Of a stretch of 64,000 bases of DNA, positions 1 through 13,241 are shown piece by piece; the first letter of the stretch is position 1; every line of letters starts with the position of its first letter. The stretch spans positions 128,154,001-128,218,000 of the forward strand of contig NC_043000.1 of assembly GCF_006345805.1 (NCBI RefSeq). The letters are read 5' to 3'. The position numbers were made by a program, and so were the translations under genes. The notes beneath the pieces were generated by a model that was given only the letters and a program-made list of their open reading frames with translations, did no database searches and was not told where the DNA came from. This DNA comes from Octopus sinensis. Its lineage: Eukaryota.

Positions 1-72
1 TTGCATAGTAATGCCATTGTGAAGAGTGCATACATGACCTGGTCTTTAGAACAATTAAAAGCTAGTGACATT
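1..72 (+). CDS. Penultimate coding exon (partial) of an unidentified plus-strand gene: LHSNAIVKSAYMTWSLEQLKASDI
   Basis: Open frame 1-72, then GTAAGA donor at 73; the 69-nt intron ends in a pyrimidine tract plus TTTCAG at 141; phase-0 join to 142. Confidence 0.55.
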
Positions 73-141
73 GTAAGAAATCAGTATTAAGTTCTTAAAT
101 TTGTTTAGTTTTACTCACACTTTGTTTTCTTTATATTTCAG

Positions 142-180
142 ACAAATGGCAAAATCCCATTAGAAGCATTCATCAAATGA
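142..180 (+). CDS. Terminal coding exon of the same gene: TNGKIPLEAFIK*
   Basis: Acceptor tttgttttctttatatttcag, in frame with 1-72, TGA at 178-180, followed by AT-rich UTR-like sequence. Confidence 0.55.
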   Translation, partial: TNGKIPLEAFIK

Positions 181-379
181 AGAATATCTACCATTCATTT
201 ATTTATGTACATTCTTGTAAATATTTCATACTCATACATTTTTTTTTTGTTAGTTTCCAAATGTTAGTACATGTTTTCTCTCTGTTGTGTTGCTGGCATA
301 AAATTGTGTGTGTGGATTGCAATGTGAGCAAAATTTTGTAAAACTTCAAAGACTTGAACTACTATGAGATTGATAAACG

Positions 380-387
380 ATTGTGTG

Positions 388-419
<32 letters not shown>

Positions 420-427
420 TGTTTGTC

Positions 428-474
<47 letters not shown>

Positions 475-488
475 TATGTATTCATGTA

Positions 489-524
<36 letters not shown>

Positions 525-749
525 CACACACACACATTTGTCTGTGTGTGGATATGTATTCATATATATGTGCACATGCATATATGCATGTGTATGTGTA
601 TATATATATATACACACACACATTTGTGTTGGTGTGTGTGGATAAGTATTCATGTATATGTACAAATGCATATATACACACACATTTGTCTTTGTGTGTG
701 AATATGTATTCATGTATATGTACACATATCTGTATGCATTGTGTGTGAA

Positions 750-805
<56 letters not shown>

Positions 806-992
806 GACGCACATAAGTACATGTGTATGTAATGAATATGTGCATATTTATAATTATAGATATATACATGTTTATATGTATACATTTGTATACATGCATA
901 TATGTAATATATATATATAAAACATGTATGTATGTATATATATATGTACATATAATCTTTCTCTTTCTTTCTCTCTCACTTTCTATTTTTCT

Positions 993-1083
<91 letters not shown>

Positions 1084-1085
1084 GT
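380..1085. repeat. Compound microsatellite mosaic (TG, TA, CT)
   Basis: Directly visible; source of the spurious ORFs at 264-1227. Confidence 0.95.
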
Positions 1086-3141
1086 ATATAACATTTATAA
1101 AATCTGTGTTAGTATCTACCTGAAGTCTGGTGCTAGTCTGGAATTAAACTTTATAAGTATATATATTGATAATTCTAATCTAACTTGTAGGTTAAAAAAA
1201 AAAACGTTTTGTGGCATGGTCAATTAAATTGTGATAATGTCCTATCTTCACTGGGGTATAACAGGAAGTCTAAAAAGAACATCATGGGCATAGAGGACAC
1301 ACTATGTGTGTACATGTATATATTACCCCTATGCCGATATTAAAGAAAAAATCCTTAATTACAAGGACATTCTTTATGTATGTTTATATATATTTTTATA
1401 TACTCCAGAGACCAGTCCTTTATTAGAGATTTTCTGTTTTTTTTTTGTTTTTACCTATGCCATCCCTAAGGTGTTAATTTTTTTTCTCTCTAAATAAATC
1501 TAAGGTTTAGATCCCCCCTACTTTTTTTTTTTACATTTCAATATTCTAATTTCTGTTACCATAAGTGTAATGATATCTAATCCAACACCTGCTTGGTTGT
1601 TGTTAAATATCCTTTTTCTTTTTATTGTTATTTTTTCTAGTTTTTGCTTGTGCGCATTCTCCCTTTTCACTTTTTTAGTGCTGTAGTGAACAAGTGTCAT
1701 CTGTGGCCTGGTTATTGCTTAATATATATATATCTATCGGACGTTAAATGAGGATGATGATGATGATGATATATATATCTATCTATCTATCTATATATAT
1801 ATATATATATATACACACACCCATATATATTCGTGTATAAATGATTTTCAGTTTGAAATTTTGAATGAAAATATCAAAACAATTCTGTGTGTTATGGATA
1901 AGAGTTTATTGGATTGAAAGGAAGAGAGAAAGAAAAAGATTACAGCAACACATGAGCCATGAACTGTGTATATTAACATTATTAGAGTAATATTAAATTA
2001 TATTACAAAGATATTTTTTTGTTGTTATTTCTATTACTATGTTTTTTTTTCTGTTCTGGTTGTTGTAAAAAATCTTTTGATTACAAACATACACGTACAT
2101 GCATTTTTGTCATATTTTGAGGGTTATGGTACTGATATTACCTGATATAGAATTCAATCTCGACCAGTGTGCTGTCATTTTTTTTGAAAGAATATTCACG
2201 TGTGTGTGTGTGTGTGTGTAATTTCATATCAGTGGCTGAACAGTGGTGTTGCTAGTTAGATATTCAATGAGATAATCACTGGATAATCATTTATGATAGT
2301 GACAATGATAAAAGAGTATCTGTAATTCTGTGCAGACTAAATACCACATAGGAATTTGAAAATCACCAATTTTTTAGTTTTCTTACTGATGTTTACATCC
2401 TTTGGTGAAAAGCACATGCACACACAAAACCACTGGTGTAGCAATTAGCCACATGGTTGAATAAAAACCTGGTAATCTGCAACAGAAGTATTAGATTAAA
2501 AAAGCTATATGTGTATCATTTACCACTGTTTTCCTATATCAGTAGGAATGGAGTTTGTCCTAGTGTGCAGTTGGTGTGAGTACATCTAGCTTTCTCACTG
2601 TCACTGCTGGATAATTTCATCTGCATCACATCCATATGAGATATCTCCAGTTAATTTGCCTTATCACAATTTATTTGTATTATAATATATATATTCCATA
2701 TTTCATTTTGAACTTGGGAGTTTTATTTCTGAAGCAGGAATTTCAGCCTTCTTTAAATTGCTGTTTTATTACCCCAACAGAAAGAATTTTGGAGAAATTG
2801 ATTTATAAACTCAAAGAAACGATTAAATAATTTTTTTATTTGTGGAAAATGGAAGCTTTTAATGAAAATGACAAACAACACAATGGCTCTTGTTTGCTAA
2901 AGATACTGAAATTAAACTAAATAATGTCCTTTTAAAAGAATGCTTTTTTATAGCCCCAGGTTTTTTCTGGTCTAATAGACATGATCAGACATTCCAGTCA
3001 GAATATGAGAAATTTGGTTGCTATATCTAGCAGGTCTGGTGACTATATCAGTTACTGTTGATACATGAAGCTCACTACACTGTGTTAACTGGTCTTTCAA
3101 CTCACTATTAAGTGAAATTTTCCTTGCAATTAATAGACAAA

Positions 3142-3359
3142 AGCATTTAAACCGGCCATATCTGGCTCATATATTGTACCAGTTTTATGTTAAAACTAAC
3201 CAGATTCAGCCTCTTACACCTACCCTACAATGATATTCTAAAAATAAACAATTACATCATCAAAATATCAAGACTTTGAGATAATGCATAATTATTTTTT
3301 TTAAATGTGGATACATAAGTGTTACATTTGATAAATTAATCTGAATGCTAAAGGGTTAA
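3142..3359. mobile_element. MITE-like element, one end intact (gaatgctaaagggTTAA)
   Basis: The end gaatgctaaagggttaa resembles an abundant cephalopod TTAA-flanked MITE as I recall it; the other end (agcatttaaaccggcc) is truncated. Confidence 0.4.
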
Positions 3360-3987
3360 AATCTAAAACTAGAAACCTGGGAGACAACTTCAGCGATATC
3401 AAATAATTCAAAGTCTTGGAAAATTAAGGCAACGCATCTTTAAACAATGAATGTTTCAATCTTGTTAGATTTCATTAGCAAAGCATATTCACCTCAATCG
3501 CCCAGGCTTGGATGTGATTAAGTATATATCGAAACAAGGAAAATAGTGATGCTATTTGTATATATCAGTTATAGGTCAGAGGGAAAAGACTTATATAATG
3601 TGTGTGTGATACCGGCAAGGAACTCTTGGGAGAGCTGAACCTGAGAAGGACTTCAGAGAAGAAACACCACTCAGGCAAGTGTTTCAGCATTTAATTACTT
3701 TACAGTCTAAGAGATTTGGGCCATGCCCAAGTCGTGACTCCTGGTGTGGATGCGGTCTGCCCTTCTTAGAGTATTTAGAAGGGCCAAAACACTTGCTTGA
3801 GATGTGGGTTCCTTCTCTGAAGACCTGCTGAGCAGCTCTTTGGAGAGATTCTTTTCAAGGCCTCTCTCTCCTTTTCTCTGGTGAACAGAATGAAGATTAA
3901 AGAAAAAGGAAAGTATTTTTCTTTTGATTTGACTAGCACATGTATTTCATTCAGGGGTCTACATTATATTACAAGTATTTTCATTTG

Positions 3988-4212
3988 TTAATAATTTTTA
4001 CCTAACTTATCTATGTGTCCGAACCAAACAAATCTATCTGCACGGATGTGTATTGGCTGCAACTGTCCCTTGTCTGGAGTTAAAGACACAACGAAACCTC
4101 GCCAGTCTAAAGTAATCTGGGGTGCTGGGGTACACATTTTGTTGTTTATGTATGGTGGAAGATCCAGCTGAGTTATATCGCTCACATAGCTACCAAACAG
4201 TGCTTTGTATTT
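3988..4212 (-). CDS. Gene A exon 12 (terminal): KYKALFGSY...LDLPPY...LDWRGF...[19 protein letters not shown]
   Basis: Poly-T + CAG acceptor, phase 0; homologous to gene B exon 12. Confidence 0.9.
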   Translation of the reverse strand, partial: KYKALFGSYVSDITQLDLPPYINNKMCTPAPQITLDWRGFVVSLTPDKGQLQPIHIRADRFVWFGHIDKLGKNY

Positions 4213-7200
4213 CTGAAAAAAAAAAAAAGATTAAAGCAATCATTAAATAAGAAAACTGAATATCTAAAACAAGGATTAGTAACATCGTTTTGTAATGAGA
4301 CTTTGGATCTTTTATTTTACATTTGCCTTTAGTTCACATCATCATCATCATCGTTTAACGTCCGCTTTCCCACACTTTGCATATAAATATATCCCTGAGT
4401 ATCATCCTTCATTTCCATCACCGGTAATGCAAATGATTATCGGAGAACCATTAACTGTTCAAAGGCGATCAATTACGTTAAATTTGAAGACTTGTTTAGA
4501 GACTGTCCCAGGCTCACAGAACATCTCAGCAGCCGATTTGTGGGCTGTGGCTCATCTGTTGCTAAACCCTGATTTAGAATAGAATTAGAATATAATTCAT
4601 CCAAATCGATTCTGCGAAAAGGTCATTTATACATGCATCTAAATAGTTGATAATGGTGTAAAATCTTATAGCAGGTTATTCTTATATAAATCGTCATCAT
4701 CATCGTTTAACGTCCGTTTTCTATGCTAGCATGGGTTGGAAGGTTCGACCGGTGTCCGGGAAGCCAGGACGTTGCACCAGGCTCCAGTCTGATCTGGCAG
4801 TGTTTCTACAGCTGGATGTCCTTCCTAACGCCAACCACGTTAGGAAGGGTTTCAAGGACTTAGCGCATTTGTATTAGTTGGAGTTAAAGTGTGCGTGTGC
4901 ATGGGACTGAACCCGAAACCTTGTGGCTGGAAAGCAAGCTTCCTAACCACATAGACATGCCTTGTGGGTAAAACATGCTTTGCATCCTTTTTAACATGCT
5001 ATTTTTCATATATGAAACAGAGGACTTTGTACATTTCTATTATTTGGAGGTTGTATGTTTTATCTAACTGCAACGAAAAGAAAAACAAAATTGAAAAGTA
5101 ACATTGAAGATGTTAGGCATTTAAAACGTTTTAGTCCTACTTACATGTAAAGACTCGAAAATAATCCCCAGTGTATGGTAAGCTGTACGATAGTCGTCTG
5201 GGATAAACTGGTCATGGTTGAAGGAAGACGATCCATTTGAACTTGCCTTAAACTGAATCAGGCCCCACCTATAAAGGAACAAGGAAAATGTCCTATGGTG
5301 CTTTGTAAAGTTTTTGTTAATGAGAAAGTTGTTGCACTCTTGTATAGGGCAAATCATTGATGTGTTTCGGTTACCTGTAAGTGGGTGACAGGTGTACTGA
5401 GGCTAAAATTGTTTCTTCATTAATTGAAAGCAACTAAATAAGGTAGCATTTTTCTTTTTTCTTTTTTTCCCCACTAATAATGCAAAATTAGTGTCAAAAA
5501 TAGATAACTTCAGAGAGAGAGAGAAAGCATCTATTTTATCATAGTTTACCCTTTGGTCAGTACTAATCGATGAAAGGCCTTCCAAGCATGCTGGTCTGAC
5601 AAGTGAGAGACACCACTTTTTAACTTGGATCTCATTCAACTTCTGAAGAAGACAAAACCATGCTTAATCTCTCAAACTCTACACATCCGTCAATATCCAG
5701 AAAAACAATATGACCATCCAATAAGAATCGAAATATTAGTCACTAATTTACAAAATATGCAAAGATAATGTAAAATCAACTGCATTTCTTTTTTTTTTTC
5801 CTCAAATTAACAAGTGATTATGTCCACCGAGACATAATCTCTTGTAATTTCAGTGACATGAATAAGACATCATAATATTATAGACAAATTGTATATATCT
5901 TGTTGGTATAGACTTGACAATAAGTACGTGAGGTAAATTATTTAACACGCTATGGAACATATGAATTATTCTCATTGACTAATGGACAATCTATTGGATG
6001 TTAACAGTTCAAAAGTGCAATAAATTGGCTTGTCGGGAAAAAGTCTAACACCGTTGGAGAGTGAGGTTCTTGGGAGGTACCAAACAGTTAACATGGGATT
6101 GGTAGGAATAGACACACATGTAAACAATATGATTAAGATAATGAGAAACTCCGATTGTACAAAAGTTTAATGAGACCCAAACTAGTTAGAAATCGTTATC
6201 CTCCTAAAATTGGAGCAACATGCGTGCTAATTTGTGGACATGCATAAATTGCATTCACGTACACACATACACATCCGGCCTTTTATATATACAGATTAAA
6301 TAGACTCCAATACTTGACTGCTACTTTATTATATTGATCAACGAAGGACGAAAGGTATATCTGATACAAGTGCTGCTTTGAAATCCAAATTTAAAGAGAC
6401 AGAAACCAAATTTCACAATACATTTTATTTGTCTCTCTTCACCGTTTTCTACAAAAGGATTTTTAACATTGGCACAAGGCCACAAATTTTGAAGAAGTGT
6501 ATAATCGGCTCCATTACACTGAACAACAACAATAATTGTTTCTACTCTAGGTTAAAGACCAGTCATTTTGAGGGGAGCCAACCAGTCGATACCATCGACT
6601 CTATTTCATGACTTGCATTATATTTTCTTGAACCCAAAAGGATGCAAGGCAAAGTTGGACCTCGATGAGATTTGAAATCAGAATGTAAAAAGCCGCAAAA
6701 GTATTTTCCCAACGCTAACAATTCGGCCAGTTCGCCGCCGCCTTTGTTCCTAATTATAATACAAGACCAGCAACCTTGATAGAAGAGGTTAGTCGATACC
6801 ATCGACCCAAAAAGATGAAAGGCACTATTGATCTTAAAGGTGTTTGAACTAGACCGAATAATACAGGACATTCCTTTCAACGCTTTAATAACACTGCTAA
6901 TCCGTTGCCCTTGCAGAAATAGATAATCCTTTTTCAATAAGAACAAGAAATGAAAATTTGTGGGAGGATGTTAGCCTATTATAAAATTAACTATTTTAGT
7001 TTATTGATCTGAAAAGATGAAAGGCAAAGCTGACTTTTCATCTTTACAAATTTTATGGAATTTCTCCACAAAGACTGACTATACTATTGAAGCAAGGAGA
7101 CCAGATATGATTGTAGACGACAAAAAATGTAAGATTACAGACTTTTGCAATACCATATAATAATAGAGGAGATGGTAGCGGTGTAGTTAGTGGTGGGTGG

Positions 7201-10200
7201 TGTATTAGTCGACTTCAGCATTTGTTTAGTATTTTATTTTATTAACCTATAATACTTAAAAATAATTTAATGACTAACCTATTTGGTAAATGTAGACTAT
7301 AAGCACCAGTTGGATTCCATGACCACCACTTCGGCCGAATATTCGGGATCTGAAATATAGAATAGATATGATTAGTTTTTGAATGTTTCATTATCACTTG
7401 ATACAATATATTTACTCACTCACAGACACACACGCACGTGCACGCATGCACGCTTTGAATTTGAAAGTAAGTGTTTATAATTAGGAGATAGTAGTAGGAT
7501 CTTGGAAAGTCAAATTTGCGACTCCATCTTGAATCACAGGTAAAATCATTTCACTTCATTTCAGATGATTGGGAGAATAACACATTTCAACTGATTGGGA
7601 GAATACAATGGAAAAATTGCCCTTGGTCTACGTTTTTACTCATAACTGCAATTCAGCCAAAGAGTAGCTGACTATAGTTTTGCTTCTCTTGGTGCTGAGT
7701 TGCAAGCTTGTCCATTTTCCTTGTGTGCCTTTGTTACCGTCTTCTATATCTTCAAAAGCTGGCAAAATGATGGTGTCGCCAATGAGAAGAGAAGCTGTTT
7801 TTAAAACCAGTTCCCAGCTAAAGTTAATAGGGTTAATCATTCATTGAGGGATACAAATAATTATAAACATAGTGAAGAAGAAAATACCTGATGTTTCATT
7901 CTGATATATTAAACATATTTGATATAGATAAGTGTAATAAGTCTTTCTGCTATAGACACAAGGCGCGAAATTTTGTGGGAGAAGACTACTCGATTACATC
8001 GACCACAATGCTCTACTAGTATTTATTTTATAGACCCCGAAAGTATGAAAGGCAGAGTCGACCTTGGAGGAATTTTAACTTAAAACGTAAAGACGGACTG
8101 CCAGCGTAATATTAAGTCGTCAAGTATGAAATTTGTAGAAAAGAAAAAAAAGTTTGCGATTGTTTTATAAATACAAGGAATAGTTTTATTCATTAAAGTA
8201 TGCACCCATATTGTCAATACACTTTTGCCATTTCAGCGGTAGCTAGTCCAGCTGGCAATCTAGAGTCAATAAAATCTTGGAAGGCCTGTTTTACAGCATT
8301 GTCGGAGTTAAATTTTTTTCCTATCAAAAAGTTATTCAAATTCTGGAAGAAGAGGTAGTTAGTGGGGGCGAGATCAGGTGAGTATGGTGGATGATAGAGA
8401 ACTTCCAACTCCAACTCCTGTAGCTTTGCCAATGTCATTTTTGCGATGTGTGGTCTGGCGTTGTCTTGCAATAAAATAGGAGTGGATCTGTTGACTGATC
8501 TAGGCTGTTTTTTTTTTGTAAGTTTCTGCATCATTTGGTCCAGTTGGCTGCAGTATACTTCAACCGTTATTGATGAGCCAGGTTTAATGAAATCATAATA
8601 GATCATACCTGCGCCAGACCACGAAACACACATCAGCTTCTTTTGATGAATTTTGCTTTTTGGACTATGTTTTGGTGGCTCATCTTTGTCCATCCATTGT
8701 GCTGAACGTTAACGGTTGTTGTATTGGATTCATTTCCCATCACATGTTACAATTCGATTAAAAATGATTCATTTTTGTGACGACTAAGTAGCATAATGCA
8801 GGTTTCCAAATGTTGCTGTTTCTGATTTTCATTGAGTTCATGTGGAACCCACTTATCCAACATTTTCACTTTACCGATTTGAACTAGGTGAGTCAATATT
8901 GTTTGCTTGCTAATACCAAACAACAACAATAATTCACGGGCATTTTGAGATGGATCTGACTCGACGGTGGCTTTCACTTCGTCATTATCCACCTTTGTTT
9001 CTAGTCGACCGCGTTGCTCATTTGTGAGGTCAAAGTTACCAGAGTGAAATTTTGAAAATCAATTTGATACTGTCTGCTGTGTAATATCATTAGAATGAAA
9101 CACTCCATTAATATTCCGAGCTTTCTGTGATGCTGTATTTCCAAGAAAGAACTCATATTTCAAAACTGTACGAATTTTCGACTTATCTATCTCTAAACTA
9201 AAATAGCAAAAAACGATTTATAAAAACTTTATAAAGCGCAAAATGAGTTAGAATAAAGAAACAGATGTGTCAGCTTTCTAACAAAGAATAAAGATTGTCA
9301 AAATATTATAATGGCGCAAAATGAGCAGCTGTCAAAGTTTACCATATATATTACTACAAATTTCATACTTAATATAATTACATCGCTGAAAGGAAATTTA
9401 CTGCGGTATTCGTCCAGAGATAACATCTCTTATGGACGTGCCGTGTTTAAAAATATATATATCGGAGGGAGACGAAAATCGTTCCAGCTGTGGTTAGCAG
9501 GATCGCCAGATGCATTTTATTCTTGTTGGGTTTCATCAATGGCGTGTACTCAAAGCTAGTCTCACGTTTAGACGAGATTTGTCGCCTGAATGTGTAGGAA
9601 ACGGGTAACAAGCACTCACAGCTATTCGCAATAGCCACCCAGCTGAATAAAAAGTCATTGTATGCAATGGAAGCTGTATTAAATTAAAATAGTCATCTAT
9701 ATATCCACGTAATATAAAAAAAAACATTCTATTTTAATTTAATACGGTATCTACTGCATAGAACAAAGTGCTATAATAATTTTTGATTGTTGCAAAAGGT
9801 CAACAACTTATAGGAGAAATCGCTATATGGTATCTAACTGATAGTTATTTAATCGACACCAGAAAGACGTAACGTAAAGGGGAAATCGGTAGGATTTAAT
9901 CGCAGAACATAAAGGACGAAGCTAAAAATTGTAGGAGACAGAATAAATTGTGTCATCCTCGAAAAATAAAGACAATTTCACATTGAATAATATCATTCGA
10001 GGCATACACACAAAATAATCGACTGCTTCTTCTTTTCTTCCCTTGAGCGATAAAACTATCCGTGATATTTCTAGTATACATGCATAGATAAAGACTCCGC
10101 CGGTTACGACGACGAGGGTCCCAGCTGATACGATCAACGGAACAGCTTGCTCGTGAAATTAACGTGCAAATGGCTGAGCATTCCACAGACACGTGTACCC

Positions 10201-13181
10201 TTAACGTAGTTCTCGGGGATAATCAGCGTGACACAGAGAGTGACAAGGCTGACCCTTTGAAATACAAGTACAACTCATTTTTGCCAGCTGAGTGGACTGG
10301 AGCAACGTGAAATAAAGTGTCTTGCTCAAGGACACAACGCGTCGCCGGGAATCGAACTCACAACCTTACGATCATGAGCCGAATGCCCTAACCACTAAGC
10401 CACGCGCCCTCACTGCATAGATAAACACACACATACATACATACATACATACATACATACATACATACATACATACATACATACATACATACATACATAC
10501 ATACATACATACATACATACATCTTGAGAAATTAGGGTTCCCAGAACCAGAAAGGAGAAAACTAATTTTAAAACCTCGGATACAAGTTATCAAAGGAACT
10601 TCAAAAATATGTAAAACTTCCCAAAGTTTGACACATAACTACATATGCACATGTCTGGCAGTTTGGGGGTATGCGCTGTAACAGCGCGTCGCTGCATCTA
10701 CCATTTGTTGGTGATTCTTTACTCTTGGCTTGCAGGCAAATCATACATATTTTCACGTATACTAACGCCAAATAATAAGCAAATATACACACATGCATGC
10801 AGAGCTAGTCTGTCGGAGTTGGTGAATTGCCAATGAAAGAGCCTTGGATCTAGATTAGAAACCAATGCTTTCTGCATTGGCAAGAAATCTAGAGATTAAA
10901 CTGAACGACAGCATACACATATACGCATATATTTCTAAAAAATAAAAATAAAAATAACATTTTATTATTGGCTGTACGGAAAACAAACAAGAAATACCAT
11001 ATGATGTGCATATACAACAAGACAGCAACAAAATATGGGAAAAGACAAGAGATAAAAAGAAAAGAAATTGTATGGTCAAGTATTCGTTTTAGGAAGATAC
11101 TCCTCTAAGTCCAATCGACTCCCCACACAATTACAGATTTCTCAGATTACCAAAGGAAAGTGTGTCTCCAAGTTTCGATTCACGGGTTACAAATCGTGTA
11201 TCGAGTGCAGGCTCATGCAACTTGGGTGTACTCGCTACCCTCATCTAACTTTCAGGGATTTTTCTGGAGGAGCGTACTACTTACTCCAAGTGGAGCTAAG
11301 GCCTTTCAGTCGTGTCCACAACAGTGCCTGTTACACATTCATATCTCTGTGTATATGTAGGTATACGTGTGTAGAATACATCCTCACGTTTTGGCACTAT
11401 TTTGTTAGTAAACAGTACGAACTGTGTCTAAAGAGAATGTGTATTACTACGCTGAATGTTGACAGTTCGTGTAACAGATAAAGTAAATAAACACATAAAA
11501 CAATAACAATGCCTTCATTGAGTTGTCTATCATCCCATCAAGAACGAAACAATGCATAACAGTGCCGATCTTGTAGTAGGCACTACAGAAGGGAAAATTA
11601 CCTTCCTTACTTGTTAAATGAAAGTTCTAAAACAATCTACTTGACAGCCGGATCCTTTCTTCTGTGTTCATATGTCAAGCCAGCTATGTTCAAATACGGA
11701 ACGAGCATGCAGAGAAGCGTTTCGTCCTTTTCCACATATCCCGAAAAGGACCAGTTGACTGCGTTGCTGCGCTTGTCCCGAACCGGTAATAATCCCCACC
11801 CCTTTTGTGAATAGAAACGGAAGAAATTGGTGAATTGATCTTTATCGCAAGAACTCAAACCTGTTGCTAATCCTCACTTTATAGACATTTCATCGATGGC
11901 ATTGTACAAGACCCGGGATTTTTAGTCTATTTTTTGTCTATTCTTTGTGGAAGGATGAAAGGCAAACTTGACCTCGGTAAGATTTGAACTCAGAATGTAG
12001 AGCACCGGAGTAAAGACCTCAAGGCATTTAGTCCGGAGCTTCAACAATTCGGCTAATTCCCTGCCATGTTTGATTTGAATATAAAAAAGAAAATATATTT
12101 ACCGGATGGTAATGATCTCCATGTGCTGATGCTTGTATGTGCGATCTATAAATACAACAGAGGGGAATCTGAATGGTTTTAAAAGCACCCCTAACGAGTT
12201 TTTGACGGCAAAATACGCAAAGGCTAAAAAATAATTTTACTTCGTGCAAAATAAATGAATTAGAAACAATTAGTGAATTGATGACTAAACTAGGATATTT
12301 GTGAATTTATTCTATATCTGTGGGTATTCATTGTTGCGTGTTGTCAGAGTGTGTACACATTTAATTTTAATGTTTTTTTGATTTGGCACTTGGCGCAAAT
12401 TTTGTAGGATGTGAGGGGGTCAATTAATTCAAGCTCAGTGTTTGATTGACATTTATTGTATCGATACCCGAAAGTTGGCCTTATACTGAAAGTAGTGAAA
12501 ATGTTGCAACGATTAATAATAATTTTAAAAGAGGAAGAAAATTTTCAAATGCAAGAGTAAATAAACAAAACGAAATTAGAAATGTATATAGCAATGTAGT
12601 TTATGCAACAATATTGATATTGAATCCATTGGAAAGCTTGTGATATTTATATGTGCTTGGAAACAGTTGTTTAATTAAGGACAACAAAAGACCAGGCTTT
12701 ATTTATGGAGCTATTCATGTTAAGCGATGGATTGAATCAAGTTATTTCCCTTTTTTCTAACTTTCTTCGGGAGTTGGAGCAGGGATACTTCATGCCCACT
12801 AATTTTTCATTAAAGCCATTACTCGTTAAGGCTTTGTAATAATAAGATGCAATTCCGTCAAAAAAGATTCCAGCTGAGAATAAATTAGAAATTATCCAAC
12901 TGATTACGGCTGCTAAATTTTTAGATTATAACTGGGGTTAGGTGTGTAACTGGAATTACTGGAATCCTTGTGAAGATATACACCATTGATGGGTAGTGTG
13001 TACTAGATCGGTAGCCGCTACACACATTTTTTTCTCCTTGTTTTTTTTTTCTGTGTCCCTTTCTTTAGAAGAGCGTAGGCTCGAAACGTAAAAGACTTTT
13101 TCAATTCCTGAGCGTTATACTAATACATCTTTTTGTTTTGTATACCACCTGTCTTCGTCTTTTGTTTTTTTCGTGAACTCT

Positions 13182-13241
<60 letters not shown>

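Noticed and set aside
264-1227. Long ORFs rich in Y/I/H/T/C/V (also 21516-22112, 26045-27026, 51860-52745, 56802-59123)
   Set aside because: Translations of dinucleotide and tetranucleotide microsatellites.
5375-5642. Two exon-like segments (5550-5642, 5375-5433) with faint similarity to the family
   Set aside because: The real exon 10 at 7279-7349 matches gene B in length and sequence and splices in phase to 5268; 5550-5642 would be out of phase after exon 10.
7640-7840. 66-aa minus ORF with a plausible acceptor
   Set aside because: All 12 gene A exons are accounted for elsewhere; no recognisable homology.
9619-9643. Approximately 23-nt microexon-like signal (ttcag|...|gtgagt)
   Set aside because: No frame fits either paralog; it would frameshift gene A.
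10340-10413. tRNA-like segments at SINE heads
   Set aside because: They continue into SINE cores and lack a full cloverleaf; not tRNA genes.
11611-11858. ORFs including a WGLL motif
   Set aside because: Chance similarity; the rest does not align to exon 11.
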